Source of the DNA: Patescibacteria group bacterium
GTDB taxonomy: Bacteria; Patescibacteriota; Minisyncoccia; Phycocordibacterales; CAIRYW01
Length of the DNA: 64,000 bases
Assembly (NCBI GenBank): GCA_040389185.1
Contig: JAZKAJ010000011.1
Coordinates: forward strand, 1,033-65,032
Direction: 5' to 3'
Under the pieces are notes generated by a model. That model saw only the letters and a program-made list of their open reading frames with translations. It was not told the DNA's origin and searched no databases. Numbering within the stretch: position 1 is the first letter of the stretch; each line of letters opens with the position of its first letter. Shown here piece after piece: positions 48,722-58,216 of the stretch. Position numbers and translations under genes: made by a program.

Positions 48722-49114
48722 ATGAGAATTTTGGGTATTGATTATGGTTCAAAGAGGGTAGGGCTTGCAACTGCTGATACAGAGAGCGGTATGGCGTTTC
48801 CTCGTTCTGTTATAAATAACGACAAGGATCTTTTGAAGACTATTGGCGAGATTAAAAAAAAGGAAAATATCTCAAAAATTATTCTTGGTGAAAGTAAAAA
48901 CCTGAACGGTACGGATAACGATATTATGGAAGATATTCGGAAATTCAAGGCGGTTCTTGAAGCTGAACTTGATGTCGAGGTAATATTACAGCCAGAATTT
49001 TATAGCACTTATGGTGCATCAAGGATCCAGGGGGATAGCGCTATGATAGATGCATCAGCAGCAGCCATCATTTTGCAGTCATATGTTGATCAATTAAAAA
49101 ATATAAAACAATAA
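48722..49114 (+). CDS. ruvX: YqgF/RuvX family nuclease
   Basis: MRILGIDYGSKRVGLA, IDASAAAIILQ. Confidence 0.92.
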   Translation: MRILGIDYGSKRVGLATADTESGMAFPRSVINNDKDLLKTIGEIKKKENISKIILGESKNLNGTDNDIMEDIRKFKAVLEAELDVEVILQPEFYSTYGASRIQGDSAMIDASAAAIILQSYVDQLKNIKQ

Positions 49115-49115
49115 A

Positions 49116-49505
49116 ATGTCAGACGAAATAAAAGTAGAAGAAAAGGTGGTAGAAGAAATGAAAGTTGATCCAAAGATAAGTATTGATGATCTAAAGAAAA
49201 TCGAGGTAACACTGGGCAAGATCCTCAGTGCTGAAAAAATAGAAGGATCAGACAAGCTTTTAAAACTCAAAGTTGATTTCAAAGAAGAGTCAGGTCCTCG
49301 ACAGATCCTCTCAGGGATTCAAAAATATTTTCCTGACGAATCCGTGCTTGTGGGGCAGAAATGTATGTTCGTCACAAACCTCGCACCTCGAATGATGATG
49401 GGTATGGAAAGTAATGGAATGCTCTTCGCGCTCGGAGGAGGAGACAAACCATTTTCACTTTTGAAGGCGGATGATGCGGTGGAAGAGGGAACGAGTGCCA
49501 ATTAA
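49116..49505 (+). CDS. tRNA-binding OB domain (MetG C-terminal/CsaA-like)
   Basis: SDKLLKL.VD, RQILSGI, NLAPR.MMG.ES.GM. Confidence 0.88.
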   Translation: MSDEIKVEEKVVEEMKVDPKISIDDLKKIEVTLGKILSAEKIEGSDKLLKLKVDFKEESGPRQILSGIQKYFPDESVLVGQKCMFVTNLAPRMMMGMESNGMLFALGGGDKPFSLLKADDAVEEGTSAN

Positions 49506-49698
49506 AAGCTCAGGCTTTTAATTGAATTTCTAAGTTCTAATTCCTAATTTCTAAAAAAATACAAATCAGTCGCTTCCCGAAGGGAAGCGACTGATTTTTT
49601 AATCATTTCATTAGAAATCGTAATTTAGAAATTAGGAATTAAAATTTAAGGACCATCCTGTGATGTCTGTCCTTAAATTTTCTGGTATACTTATTACA

Positions 49699-50751
49699 AT
49701 GATCAAAAAGATTTTTGAATTTTTTCCTACACCGAGATTTCTAAAATTCTCTTATGTTGGCCTCGATATTGGTCGAGAGTCACTTCATTTTGCTGAACTT
49801 GTAAGTACGGGAGAAAGTTTCAAGCTTGGACGATATGGGCGCAGAGCTTTTGAGCCGGGTGATAATATCCTCACAAACGAATCTCTCAAAAAAACACTCC
49901 GAGAAATTAAAAAGACAGACGGAGTTACTTATGTAAAAGTGGCACTACCAGAAGAAGAAACATATCTCTTTACGGTGGAGGTGGCAGGAGATACACCACA
50001 GGAGATCAAGAACAACATCGAATTTCATCTTGAAGAAAATGTGCCTATTCAGGATGCCGACGCACTTTTTGACTATTATATCCTCCCAAAAAAGGATATT
50101 AAGATTGCGGTAGTATCGGTGGTATCTCGGCAAGTGGTCAACAAATACAATTCTCTTTTGGAAGAATGCGGAATGACTGCAGTATCATATATGGTGGAAT
50201 CAGGGGCGCTCTCACGATCAATTGTAAAGAAGAATTATGTAGGAAGTCATCTTCTTGTATATCTCTCGAGAGAGAAGACGATGCTCGGAGTTGTTGAATA
50301 TGGATTTGTACAATTTAGCTCTACGACAAGTTTTGGTGGAGCGCAGCTTACGAGTGCTATCCAAAAACAATTCAATGTGGATATTGAAGAGGCGAGAAAG
50401 ATCAAATATAAAGAGGGACTTTTCAAGACAAGTGGGGATGGTGAATCTTTTGCAACAGGTCTTGCAACCACGATCTCGGTTCTTCGAGATGAGATTCAAC
50501 GAGTGTCAGCGTATTGGCTGAAGCAAACAAACGGGGGAGGATCTCCAGTAGAAAAAATAATTCTCTGTGGAAAGGATGCGGCGATTCCTGGATTTGCGGA
50601 CTACCTTTCATCATCACTCAAGATGCCAGTGAAGGTTTCAAATGTGTGGGCGAATATTAATTATTACAAAAACCTCGTACCCGAGATTTCTTTTGAGGAT
50701 TCACTTTCTTATGCAACAGCGCTTGGACTCGTGCTTCCAACTAATGATTAA
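49699..50751 (+). CDS. pilM: Type IV pilus assembly protein PilM
   Basis: VGLDIG actin-like start, FGGA.LT, YATALGL. Confidence 0.85.
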   Translation: MIKKIFEFFPTPRFLKFSYVGLDIGRESLHFAELVSTGESFKLGRYGRRAFEPGDNILTNESLKKTLREIKKTDGVTYVKVALPEEETYLFTVEVAGDTPQEIKNNIEFHLEENVPIQDADALFDYYILPKKDIKIAVVSVVSRQVVNKYNSLLEECGMTAVSYMVESGALSRSIVKKNYVGSHLLVYLSREKTMLGVVEYGFVQFSSTTSFGGAQLTSAIQKQFNVDIEEARKIKYKEGLFKTSGDGESFATGLATTISVLRDEIQRVSAYWLKQTNGGGSPVEKIILCGKDAAIPGFADYLSSSLKMPVKVSNVWANINYYKNLVPEISFEDSLSYATALGLVLPTND

Positions 50752-50784
50752 ATTTATCTAATTCAAAAATAACCGTTTATTAAA

Positions 50785-51318
50785 ATGTTTACACTACTTC
50801 CCGAACAACACAAAAAAAGATTATATCGAGAATATCGAATGAGGCTCGTTGTCATAGCTCTTATTTTTGTTTCCCTCTTTTTTATTATCGGATGTGCGCT
50901 TTTGTTTCCATCATATATTTCACTTAAATCAGAAAAGATATCGTACGAAGCAGATCTCACTAGTCTTACCAACCAGGTAGAAATAAAAGATAAAGAGGGA
51001 CTTACGGCAACCATGAATGCGATCCAATCAAATCTCTCGCTTGCAAAACCTGACGAGACGATGATCTATAGAGCTGTCGGTATGCTTTTGGACAATGTGA
51101 CAAACGATATATCTATTTCTTCTATCAATTACACCAGGGGTGATAAATCACAAAGTTCACTTAATATACAAGGAATAGCAAAAGATCGAACAAGTCTCAT
51201 TACTTTCTCAAACAATTTAAAAAAAGAGCTTATGTTTGAAAAAGTTGATTTACCTGTATCCAATCTTGCCAAACAAATCGACGTCCCTTTTAATATGACA
51301 CTTTTGGGTAAGTTTTAG
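50785..51318 (+). CDS. pilN: PilN-like protein
   Basis: LLP start, single TM, IQGIAKDRTSLITF; follows pilM. Confidence 0.7.
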   Translation: MFTLLPEQHKKRLYREYRMRLVVIALIFVSLFFIIGCALLFPSYISLKSEKISYEADLTSLTNQVEIKDKEGLTATMNAIQSNLSLAKPDETMIYRAVGMLLDNVTNDISISSINYTRGDKSQSSLNIQGIAKDRTSLITFSNNLKKELMFEKVDLPVSNLAKQIDVPFNMTLLGKF

Positions 51319-51327
51319 ATTAAAAAA

Positions 51328-51951
51328 ATGAAAAACAAGATAAACATTTTAATTATATTTGCACTCGTGATCACCGGGCTATCATCTGGCCTTTATATTT
51401 ATTTTTATAATTCTCTCGCATCAAACAAAGCAGAGGCGGGAGACTTGAAGTCAAAATCACAAACGCTTGAGTCAACACTAAAAAGTCTGGATGTTATCGA
51501 ACAGAATCTCAAAGGTACTGTCGAAGATGGCAACAAGATCTCGGAGCTTTTTTTGGGGCAAGATTCAATTGTTGATTTTATTCAAATGATCGAAGGCTTG
51601 ATGAAGAATGTTGACGTCACTGGCTCAGTTGACTCAGTTGTTGAACAAAATACACCGGAGCTTGATGCACTCGGTAAGGAGAAAATAAATATGGTTGTTT
51701 CGGCAAAGGGTAATTGGTCGGGGCTTATAAATCTCTTAGGGCTCCTTGAGAGATTACCTTACAAATCAACTGTTAATTCATTTTCACTTCGAAACGATGA
51801 AGTTACACTTGAAGCAACCAAAGGCAAGACCGCAACAACAACAAAGGTGTGGAAGCTTCAAGTGAACCTAGATGTCTGGGCAGTAAAGAAGGTGGATCTT
51901 AAGACTCCAGATCAAGGAACAGGAGAAACGCCAGATCAGGTAAACGAATAA
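51328..51951 (+). CDS. pilO: PilO-like protein
   Basis: TM, coiled coil, GNW..L..LLERLPY; operon position. Confidence 0.65.
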   Translation: MKNKINILIIFALVITGLSSGLYIYFYNSLASNKAEAGDLKSKSQTLESTLKSLDVIEQNLKGTVEDGNKISELFLGQDSIVDFIQMIEGLMKNVDVTGSVDSVVEQNTPELDALGKEKINMVVSAKGNWSGLINLLGLLERLPYKSTVNSFSLRNDEVTLEATKGKTATTTKVWKLQVNLDVWAVKKVDLKTPDQGTGETPDQVNE

Positions 51952-51960
51952 TCAAAACAA

Positions 51961-52272
51961 ATGAAAAAATTTTCTATTACAATTTTCTTTAAAAAAATTA
52001 AGCATTCATTTGCGAATATTGGTAGTGATGCTGATAAAGACTGGAAGATCGTTCTTTCTTTGTTTATGTTGTCTATTCTCATCTCGATCATTTGGCATAC
52101 CAACCTATATTTAAATATCGGAACTAGCGATAACACTATCTCAAGCGAAGCGGCAAAATCCCCAATAAATACCAAAGCGCTTGGCGGAATGATCGTGAAA
52201 TACGACGATAGGGCGGGGGAGTTTCAAACTATTGCGACTGACAAAAAAGTCTTCGTTGACCCAGCTCGATAA
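51961..52272 (+). CDS. Pilus-operon membrane protein
   Basis: Single TM, ends VDP. Confidence 0.55.
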   Translation: MKKFSITIFFKKIKHSFANIGSDADKDWKIVLSLFMLSILISIIWHTNLYLNIGTSDNTISSEAAKSPINTKALGGMIVKYDDRAGEFQTIATDKKVFVDPAR

Positions 52273-52497
52273 TTGTGTTAATTTGTATAGAATCCATCTC
52301 AAAATTAAGCGCGTATTCAAACATCTAATAAGAATGCTTGAATATCTAAAACCAAAAATTTCGGTAAAAAATAAAGTTTCGTCGGTCGACATAACACAGT
52401 TATGACTTCCTCCTCATCCTTTATTTTTTCCTTCGAAATTTTTGATTTTATATTATTCATTAATTTTGAGATTGATTCTAGGTATTTTCGCCCAATT

Positions 52498-52569
52498 GCC
52501 CCTGTAGTTAAATGGATATAACTGCGGACTTCTAAGCCGTTATTCGAGGTTCGATTCCTCGCGGGGGCA
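52498..52569 (+). tRNA. tRNA-Arg (UCU), no CCA
   Basis: GCCCCTG/CGGGGGC; loop CTTCTAA; CGAGG-TTCGATT-CCTCG. Confidence 0.92.
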
Positions 52570-52828
52570 CAAAGATAAACAAAAAGCCCTATCGTTTTTC
52601 AACAATAAGGCTCTTATAAATTTGGATTACGATTTACAAAATCTAATCCATAGAATCAAATATCTGAGATTTTTTATATGTTATGCCCCCGAGCAAGCCT
52701 GGGATGGCTTGCGTCCAGGAATCGAAAACCTTTTGAGTATAATTTATGATTTTAAGAAATAAATTATCCAAAAGGTGTACTGATCCTGTAAGGATCGATA
52801 AGCGTACTCGCGGTCCAACCGGGAGCAC
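52570..52828 (-). repeat. tRNA tail element E (Arg-UCU-associated, module 1)
   Basis: TGCCCCCG[hairpin]CCAGGAATCGAA antisense; module 1 nearly identical to element A; terminal TCCAACCGGGAGCAC. Confidence 0.85.
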
Positions 52829-52835
52829 TGCCAAT

Positions 52836-53609
52836 TTAGTTTTGTAACCAAAGCACTTCAAATACAGATTTCATACTTTCTGCAATACTTTTGCTTCTTA
52901 TTACTATTCCATGTTCATTTCCTTTTGCATGAGAAGTGATGCCAACATTATCTCCATAAATGTCTATCTCGTTCTTGAATTTGAAAAGATCAGGCGAGAT
53001 AAATTTGAGTTCTCTGAGCTCCTTTTTATTTCTCTCTGGATGTAATCTAGTTTCAAACTTAGTATTTGAGGGAAGAATACCACGAGTAGGAATACTGAGA
53101 TTAACTCGTTTTTTCCAATAGTTTTCTAAAAACTTGTCTTCGAATCCTTCTTCAAGTGATTCACCTGATGCAAAAGATAGAATCTCTTTTGGTTTTTGTT
53201 TCAGTGTATCTTGTAAAACAGATTTGATACCTTCTTTACCTCCAAAAAATAGAACAGTAGGCTTATCCTCGTTTACTGTGAAGAACGCTCTAAACTCATC
53301 TTGGAATTCATCAACTTTCTTTATGGTCTCGGTCAATTCATCTTTCTTGTTTTCCAACTTTTCTTTTATTATATCAATATCTTCGGGAACAAAGTATTTC
53401 ACTGAGCTATTTTTCTTAGCTCTAATTTTGATGAAACCTTTTTTGGATAGTCGTTTTAATGCTTCGTACGTAGTCACTCTATTAAGTCCGGCAGACTCAG
53501 AGATTGTACTTGCCGGGCCAGAGCCAATCTCTAGGGAAGCCATAAATACCCTTGCTTCAATAGGGTTTAGGTCGAGTGAAGACAGCAATTCTTTTATTTC
53601 TTTCTTCAT
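52836..53609 (-). CDS. TrmB family transcriptional regulator
   Basis: EARVF...GPAS.IS...LNRVTTYE.L..L...G; GKEGI; EIDIYGD. Confidence 0.85.
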   Translation of the reverse strand: MKKEIKELLSSLDLNPIEARVFMASLEIGSGPASTISESAGLNRVTTYEALKRLSKKGFIKIRAKKNSSVKYFVPEDIDIIKEKLENKKDELTETIKKVDEFQDEFRAFFTVNEDKPTVLFFGGKEGIKSVLQDTLKQKPKEILSFASGESLEEGFEDKFLENYWKKRVNLSIPTRGILPSNTKFETRLHPERNKKELRELKFISPDLFKFKNEIDIYGDNVGITSHAKGNEHGIVIRSKSIAESMKSVFEVLWLQN

Positions 53610-53778
53610 TTGTCGTAATTATATTACAAAATATATGACTAAATTATCCTTATATATTAAGTATATTTAGGTATATATACTTAATTTAGTAATTACTATT
53701 TTACTATAGATACTATACATTGTAAAGTGTGCATAGTTAAATTTGATCATTTACATCTACCCAAACCCTAATCAAATC

Positions 53779-54447
53779 ATGAAACTCATCAGTAACACTA
53801 TTACACACAAAGGTCAGGAATTCACACCACCTGATAAAAAAGGCTTTAGCGTTGTTTTCCATAACGAACATCAAATTATCGCCGGAACATCTGATTGTTG
53901 TTGCGGCAGCATCTACTCAGGCACTGTGGAGGTGATTGGAGAAATTTCCAGACTCGTATTCAAGGAGTTTGTCGCTCCAACAAACGTACTCGACATGATT
54001 CCTATCTTCGTTGACCATAAGAAGACTGGTTTTATGGATGATCAGGCAGTGCTGATTGCTGGGCATGGTTGCGATGGCAAAGGTGTCTTTCTTCTCTCTG
54101 TCAGCGAATCAAGATCAATTCAAATTATGAGCACAAATGTTTATACCAGAAACTCCGCTCTAGGCCCAGCTGATAACTGCCGTCCGAGGTTTAAGCTCGC
54201 GGTAGATAGTAAACTCAGTGTTGCATTTCATAATGCAGGTTTCTATCCGAAGGCGGACGATGCTCAAGATCATCGTTTCTCGAGGTATGACGGCAGAAAT
54301 TTAGAGTGGTTTATCAATCCTGTTCCTGGCAACATTATTGATCTTACTTCAGTACTTGAAACTTACGGTTTCAGTGCAGAAAACACCTTCAAGATTCTGC
54401 AGGGGATGGAAAAGTGGGAAGGGCTCAGGAATAAATTGCCTACATAG
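53779..54447 (+). CDS. Hypothetical protein
   Basis: ORF of about 222 aa followed by a hairpin. Confidence 0.55.
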   Translation: MKLISNTITHKGQEFTPPDKKGFSVVFHNEHQIIAGTSDCCCGSIYSGTVEVIGEISRLVFKEFVAPTNVLDMIPIFVDHKKTGFMDDQAVLIAGHGCDGKGVFLLSVSESRSIQIMSTNVYTRNSALGPADNCRPRFKLAVDSKLSVAFHNAGFYPKADDAQDHRFSRYDGRNLEWFINPVPGNIIDLTSVLETYGFSAENTFKILQGMEKWEGLRNKLPT

Positions 54448-54505
54448 GGAATGATGTCTTGAGACACTTATTAACGTACTAACTTAGGTTGGTACGTTTT
54501 TTATT

Positions 54506-55201
54506 TTACTCCTTTCTAAAATCTGGAGGAGTCATACCCTTAATCCAATAACTGAAATAGATAAATGGAGTGTCTATGAGGGCAAGTGGTACTTTGAAAA
54601 TCCATCCAGTACAAATAAGTGTTAAAAGTGTTTCTGTGCTAACAGAACCTAAGAATGCTAGTGGAAAGAAAACTAAACTATCTATTGCAAGGGAAGTGAT
54701 AGTTCCCAAATCATTTCTAAGCCATAATTTTTTGTCTGAAGTTTTTATTTTAATTACTCTATAGAACCAAATATTAAATCTTTGTGATATGAGGTATGAA
54801 ATAAAACTCGCTGTTACTATTCGGGGGATTGGGGTGAATAATGTCACCATTGCATCAGCTATGTTTGCTGTTTCCGGTGCAGAAGTAAATTGTAAAGCAA
54901 GCATGCTGCATATTATAAGCATAATTTGCCCCACGAATCCCATCCAGATTGATTGATATGACACCTGCTTTCCTTCATGTTCAGTTAGAATATCTGTTGC
55001 AATATAAATAGATGCATAAAATGCTTCTCCTGCTGTTGTGTTAAAACCAAATATTGGAATTAATTTATTTACAAAGATACTTGTCATTACGGCGTTTGCT
55101 ATTATTGTTGCAATGAGATAATGAGTACCTGCCTTCCATGCGAGGAGTACAATCGTAAAATCAATAATCGCTATTTCTAAAAATATTAATGCGTTATTCA
55201 T
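54506..55201 (-). CDS. yhhQ: Queuosine precursor transporter (YhhQ/Vut_1)
   Basis: TDILTE..G, PRI..AS...Y..SQ, LWLRN, IDS..F..LAF, DTPFIY. Confidence 0.88.
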   Translation of the reverse strand: MNNALIFLEIAIIDFTIVLLAWKAGTHYLIATIIANAVMTSIFVNKLIPIFGFNTTAGEAFYASIYIATDILTEHEGKQVSYQSIWMGFVGQIMLIICSMLALQFTSAPETANIADAMVTLFTPIPRIVTASFISYLISQRFNIWFYRVIKIKTSDKKLWLRNDLGTITSLAIDSLVFFPLAFLGSVSTETLLTLICTGWIFKVPLALIDTPFIYFSYWIKGMTPPDFRKE

Positions 55202-55907
55202 GGTTTTTATATTTAGCTTCAAAGATTTCAAATGAAACCGGATGGATTTCACTCGATTGTTCTTTATATATAAGTCCCATTTCAAATCCGGCACCCGATA
55301 CTATTTCTTGGAGAGTGTCTAATTTTCCAAGCGTGCTACTAAATCCAATAAGTAGGCGACCGTTTGGTTTGAGATGGAGGTGAGCCTCCTCGATGAATTT
55401 TCTAGTCGATCTGTATTTTGGATCAAAAACAGATCTCTGGATGCTGCTTATATTTTCTTCATCAATGTATCCAAAAGGGGTATTCCAGAATATAGTGTCG
55501 AATTTTTCATCCTGTCTGATTGGTGCGTATAAATCACCTTGTCGGGCGTCTATTTTGTCTATTAGTCCAAACCTTTGGATATTTAATCTTGTATTTTCGA
55601 CTGCGCTTGGATTTATATCTACCGCCACAACTTTTGATGATCCGTTTAAAATTGCATTTATCGAAATCGCTCCTGTCCCGGGTCCAATTTCAAGCATTTC
55701 TTCACCAGGTCTCACAGGCAAGTGTTTTGCGAATATTTCTGTGTCATTAAAGTATTTTGGTGAAAAGACGTTAGGAAGTACAACAAAACTCCGACCGAGT
55801 ACTTCGGTAGTATAGGGGCCACTTTCTTCTTGGCTTTGATCGAGAAGCATTTGGGTGCCTTCAAGATAATCTCGGTAATTCAGTTGTTCTGATCTAACTA
55901 ATTCCAT
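55194..55907 (-). CDS. Class I SAM methyltransferase (HemK/PrmC-like)
   Basis: LEIGPGTG, VDINP, WNTPF. Confidence 0.85.
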   Translation of the reverse strand: MELVRSEQLNYRDYLEGTQMLLDQSQEESGPYTTEVLGRSFVVLPNVFSPKYFNDTEIFAKHLPVRPGEEMLEIGPGTGAISINAILNGSSKVVAVDINPSAVENTRLNIQRFGLIDKIDARQGDLYAPIRQDEKFDTIFWNTPFGYIDEENISSIQRSVFDPKYRSTRKFIEEAHLHLKPNGRLLIGFSSTLGKLDTLQEIVSGAGFEMGLIYKEQSSEIHPVSFEIFEAKYKNHE

Positions 55908-55996
55908 AATAGGGAAGTATAGTAGGGTAGTTGACATAATTCAAAAAACAAGGTAATTTATATTTGATAGTCAACAAAAAGTTGACTAAGCTCTAT

Positions 55997-56827
55997 ATGA
56001 TAATCTCCAAAAAACAAAGTATTGAAGATCTGGTTATTGAGATCCTCGCTAAAAAGCCATATACAAATGGATCGGATTTGGTATTGGTAATAAACAAGCT
56101 TCGTGCAAATACAACGAAACAGGCGGTATATAAGTCGCTCGGGTTTCTCCTTGATAATGAGGTGGTGGCGAAAGTGGACGGGACATATTTCTTGAGTCTT
56201 GTATGGGTAAAAAGAATTCAGAAAATGTTTGGCACAAGTACTCAAAACACCGATGCGGTTTTTGATCTTAAGAATGGAGAATCTATTTCGTATCAATTTC
56301 CAAGTCTTTTATCTCTCGACACATACTGGGCTCACATCACAAATATACTGATTGATTATGTACCTCAAAACATTCCTGTTATTCTTTTTGATCCACACTA
56401 TTGGTTCGTTATAGGGAGAAGTGAGGTTGAGAAAGATATTCTGGAGGTTTTTGAAAAGAAGCAAAAACACATCTTTGCAACTATTGGAGGTGATACTATT
56501 CTCGACAAGAAATTCAGAGACGAATACCGAAGCAAATATTTCGGGGTTAATATTGGGGGTAAAGAGAAATTTAAACTGGAGCAGTATCTTCATATATTTG
56601 GAGACTTTATTATTGAAGTATTTATCGACCGGAAACTTTCTTTGGACATAGAACATTTTTATAGGACTCGAAAAAGTATTACAAAAGAAGATGAAGAAAT
56701 TTTCGAAAAAATAATCAACAAGAAATATAAAGTTCGAATGAAAATTTCGAGAAATATGCGAAAATCAGGTGAGCTTCGAAAGAGGTTCTCAAAAGATTTT
56801 TATATGCCACGGATATCTGATTTATAA
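55997..56827 (+). CDS. wHTH protein, TrmB-like
   Basis: TKQAVYKSL HTH; IFGDFIIE in C-terminal domain. Confidence 0.55.
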   Translation: MIISKKQSIEDLVIEILAKKPYTNGSDLVLVINKLRANTTKQAVYKSLGFLLDNEVVAKVDGTYFLSLVWVKRIQKMFGTSTQNTDAVFDLKNGESISYQFPSLLSLDTYWAHITNILIDYVPQNIPVILFDPHYWFVIGRSEVEKDILEVFEKKQKHIFATIGGDTILDKKFRDEYRSKYFGVNIGGKEKFKLEQYLHIFGDFIIEVFIDRKLSLDIEHFYRTRKSITKEDEEIFEKIINKKYKVRMKISRNMRKSGELRKRFSKDFYMPRISDL

Positions 56828-56863
56828 TTGCCTAATACTCCTTCAGGGTTTAATATCTATGAT

Positions 56864-57607
56864 ATGGTACCAACAAAAATCCTCGCATCTGGAAAATTTT
56901 CTCCTCAAGATTTGATCGTTTCCGTAAGTGAATCTAATCGGAAGATTGATTCTTCTATTGAAAGTCAGATCGATGCAGTCTGGGAAGCGAAGAAAAAAGA
57001 TGCTGATGAAAAAGGTCAGATTTGCTATAACGGCACTTCATACAGACTTAATTCTTTAGAGGCTAAAGAGAACAAGATCTTTCTTGATTTTGGTACGCTT
57101 GAATTTAAAACTAGAGTGTCGCTTCTGCAAATTCCAGAATACTTTAACTTGCCTCCCGAATATTATAAAAAGGGTTGTACTGTGGATTCAACGATAAAAA
57201 CTGCAGATAGAAGGTACCTAATGGTTGAACTTTCGGGGAAGTCACTCAATCATAATGTAACAGATGTTTTAGGTGGTCTGATTGAAAAACCTCTCGAATT
57301 ATCTACAGGAAATGATATTTTTAATGCACTTTATATTGAGTTGGAAGAGGAGGGAAGTATTCATAAATCAGATGTAAAAGAAATCTATCTCAAATCTATC
57401 TACTTGGCATGTCAGACAGATATACATTTTTATTTTGAAGTTGAACTTAATTTGGATATAGAAGAGCTTCGTGAAAAATTTGATAAAGAAAATGAGGATC
57501 AAGATATTGAATCAATTAAGGATTTTTCTCGCGAAGAGTATCTTGATCATTTGAAAAACCACAAATCGAAAAATAAGCAATTGATCGCTGAACTTTTGGA
57601 AATTTAG
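56864..57607 (+). CDS. Divergent NUDIX-like protein
   Basis: YNG..YRL, GGLIE...ELEEEG. Confidence 0.55.
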   Translation: MVPTKILASGKFSPQDLIVSVSESNRKIDSSIESQIDAVWEAKKKDADEKGQICYNGTSYRLNSLEAKENKIFLDFGTLEFKTRVSLLQIPEYFNLPPEYYKKGCTVDSTIKTADRRYLMVELSGKSLNHNVTDVLGGLIEKPLELSTGNDIFNALYIELEEEGSIHKSDVKEIYLKSIYLACQTDIHFYFEVELNLDIEELREKFDKENEDQDIESIKDFSREEYLDHLKNHKSKNKQLIAELLEI

Positions 57608-57634
57608 TTTAATGTCTTATGTTAAAATAACCCC

Positions 57635-58165
57635 ATGGTATTCCCAGGACACATTGCAGCAGGGTATTTAACAGCTCTTGGAGTTGTTACATTTGCGGGC
57701 TTCTCACTTACTCCAAATGAGCAAGCACTTCTTCTCACACTTGGTTCTCTTTTGGGTGATGCACCTGACATAGATGTGTTTTATAGTTTCTTGAAAAAGA
57801 AAACAACAGGCATCTCGGCTCTCCAAGGCCATCGTGACCACATAACTCATATGCCTCTTTTGTGGCTTCTCATTGGGCTCTTTGTTTATGTATTCACTGA
57901 TTCAAATTTTGGGAAGGTATTAGGACTTCTCATATGGCTTTGTTCATGGAGTCATCTCTTGTGTGATTCGATATTCTCATCTGTTGGTATCCAATGGCTT
58001 AAACCATTCTCAGAAAAAAGATTCACACTGTTTCGAAAACCTGATATGACTTTGTCGAGCTGGAAAGAGTTGTTACCACATCTTGTGAAAAGTCCAATTT
58101 TTTACCTTGAATTTATTGTTGCATTTACTGCGATTGCGGTTTTTATAGTAAGAAATTTTTTTTAG
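57635..58165 (+). CDS. Membrane metal-dependent hydrolase (YdjM-like)
   Basis: GH, PDID, HR...TH, SHLLCD, GI.WL.PF. Confidence 0.85.
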   Translation: MVFPGHIAAGYLTALGVVTFAGFSLTPNEQALLLTLGSLLGDAPDIDVFYSFLKKKTTGISALQGHRDHITHMPLLWLLIGLFVYVFTDSNFGKVLGLLIWLCSWSHLLCDSIFSSVGIQWLKPFSEKRFTLFRKPDMTLSSWKELLPHLVKSPIFYLEFIVAFTAIAVFIVRNFF

Positions 58166-58216
58166 AGTTACATCCCTTATTTTTATAGCTTAATTGATTG
58201 GTGTTATACTCAACAA

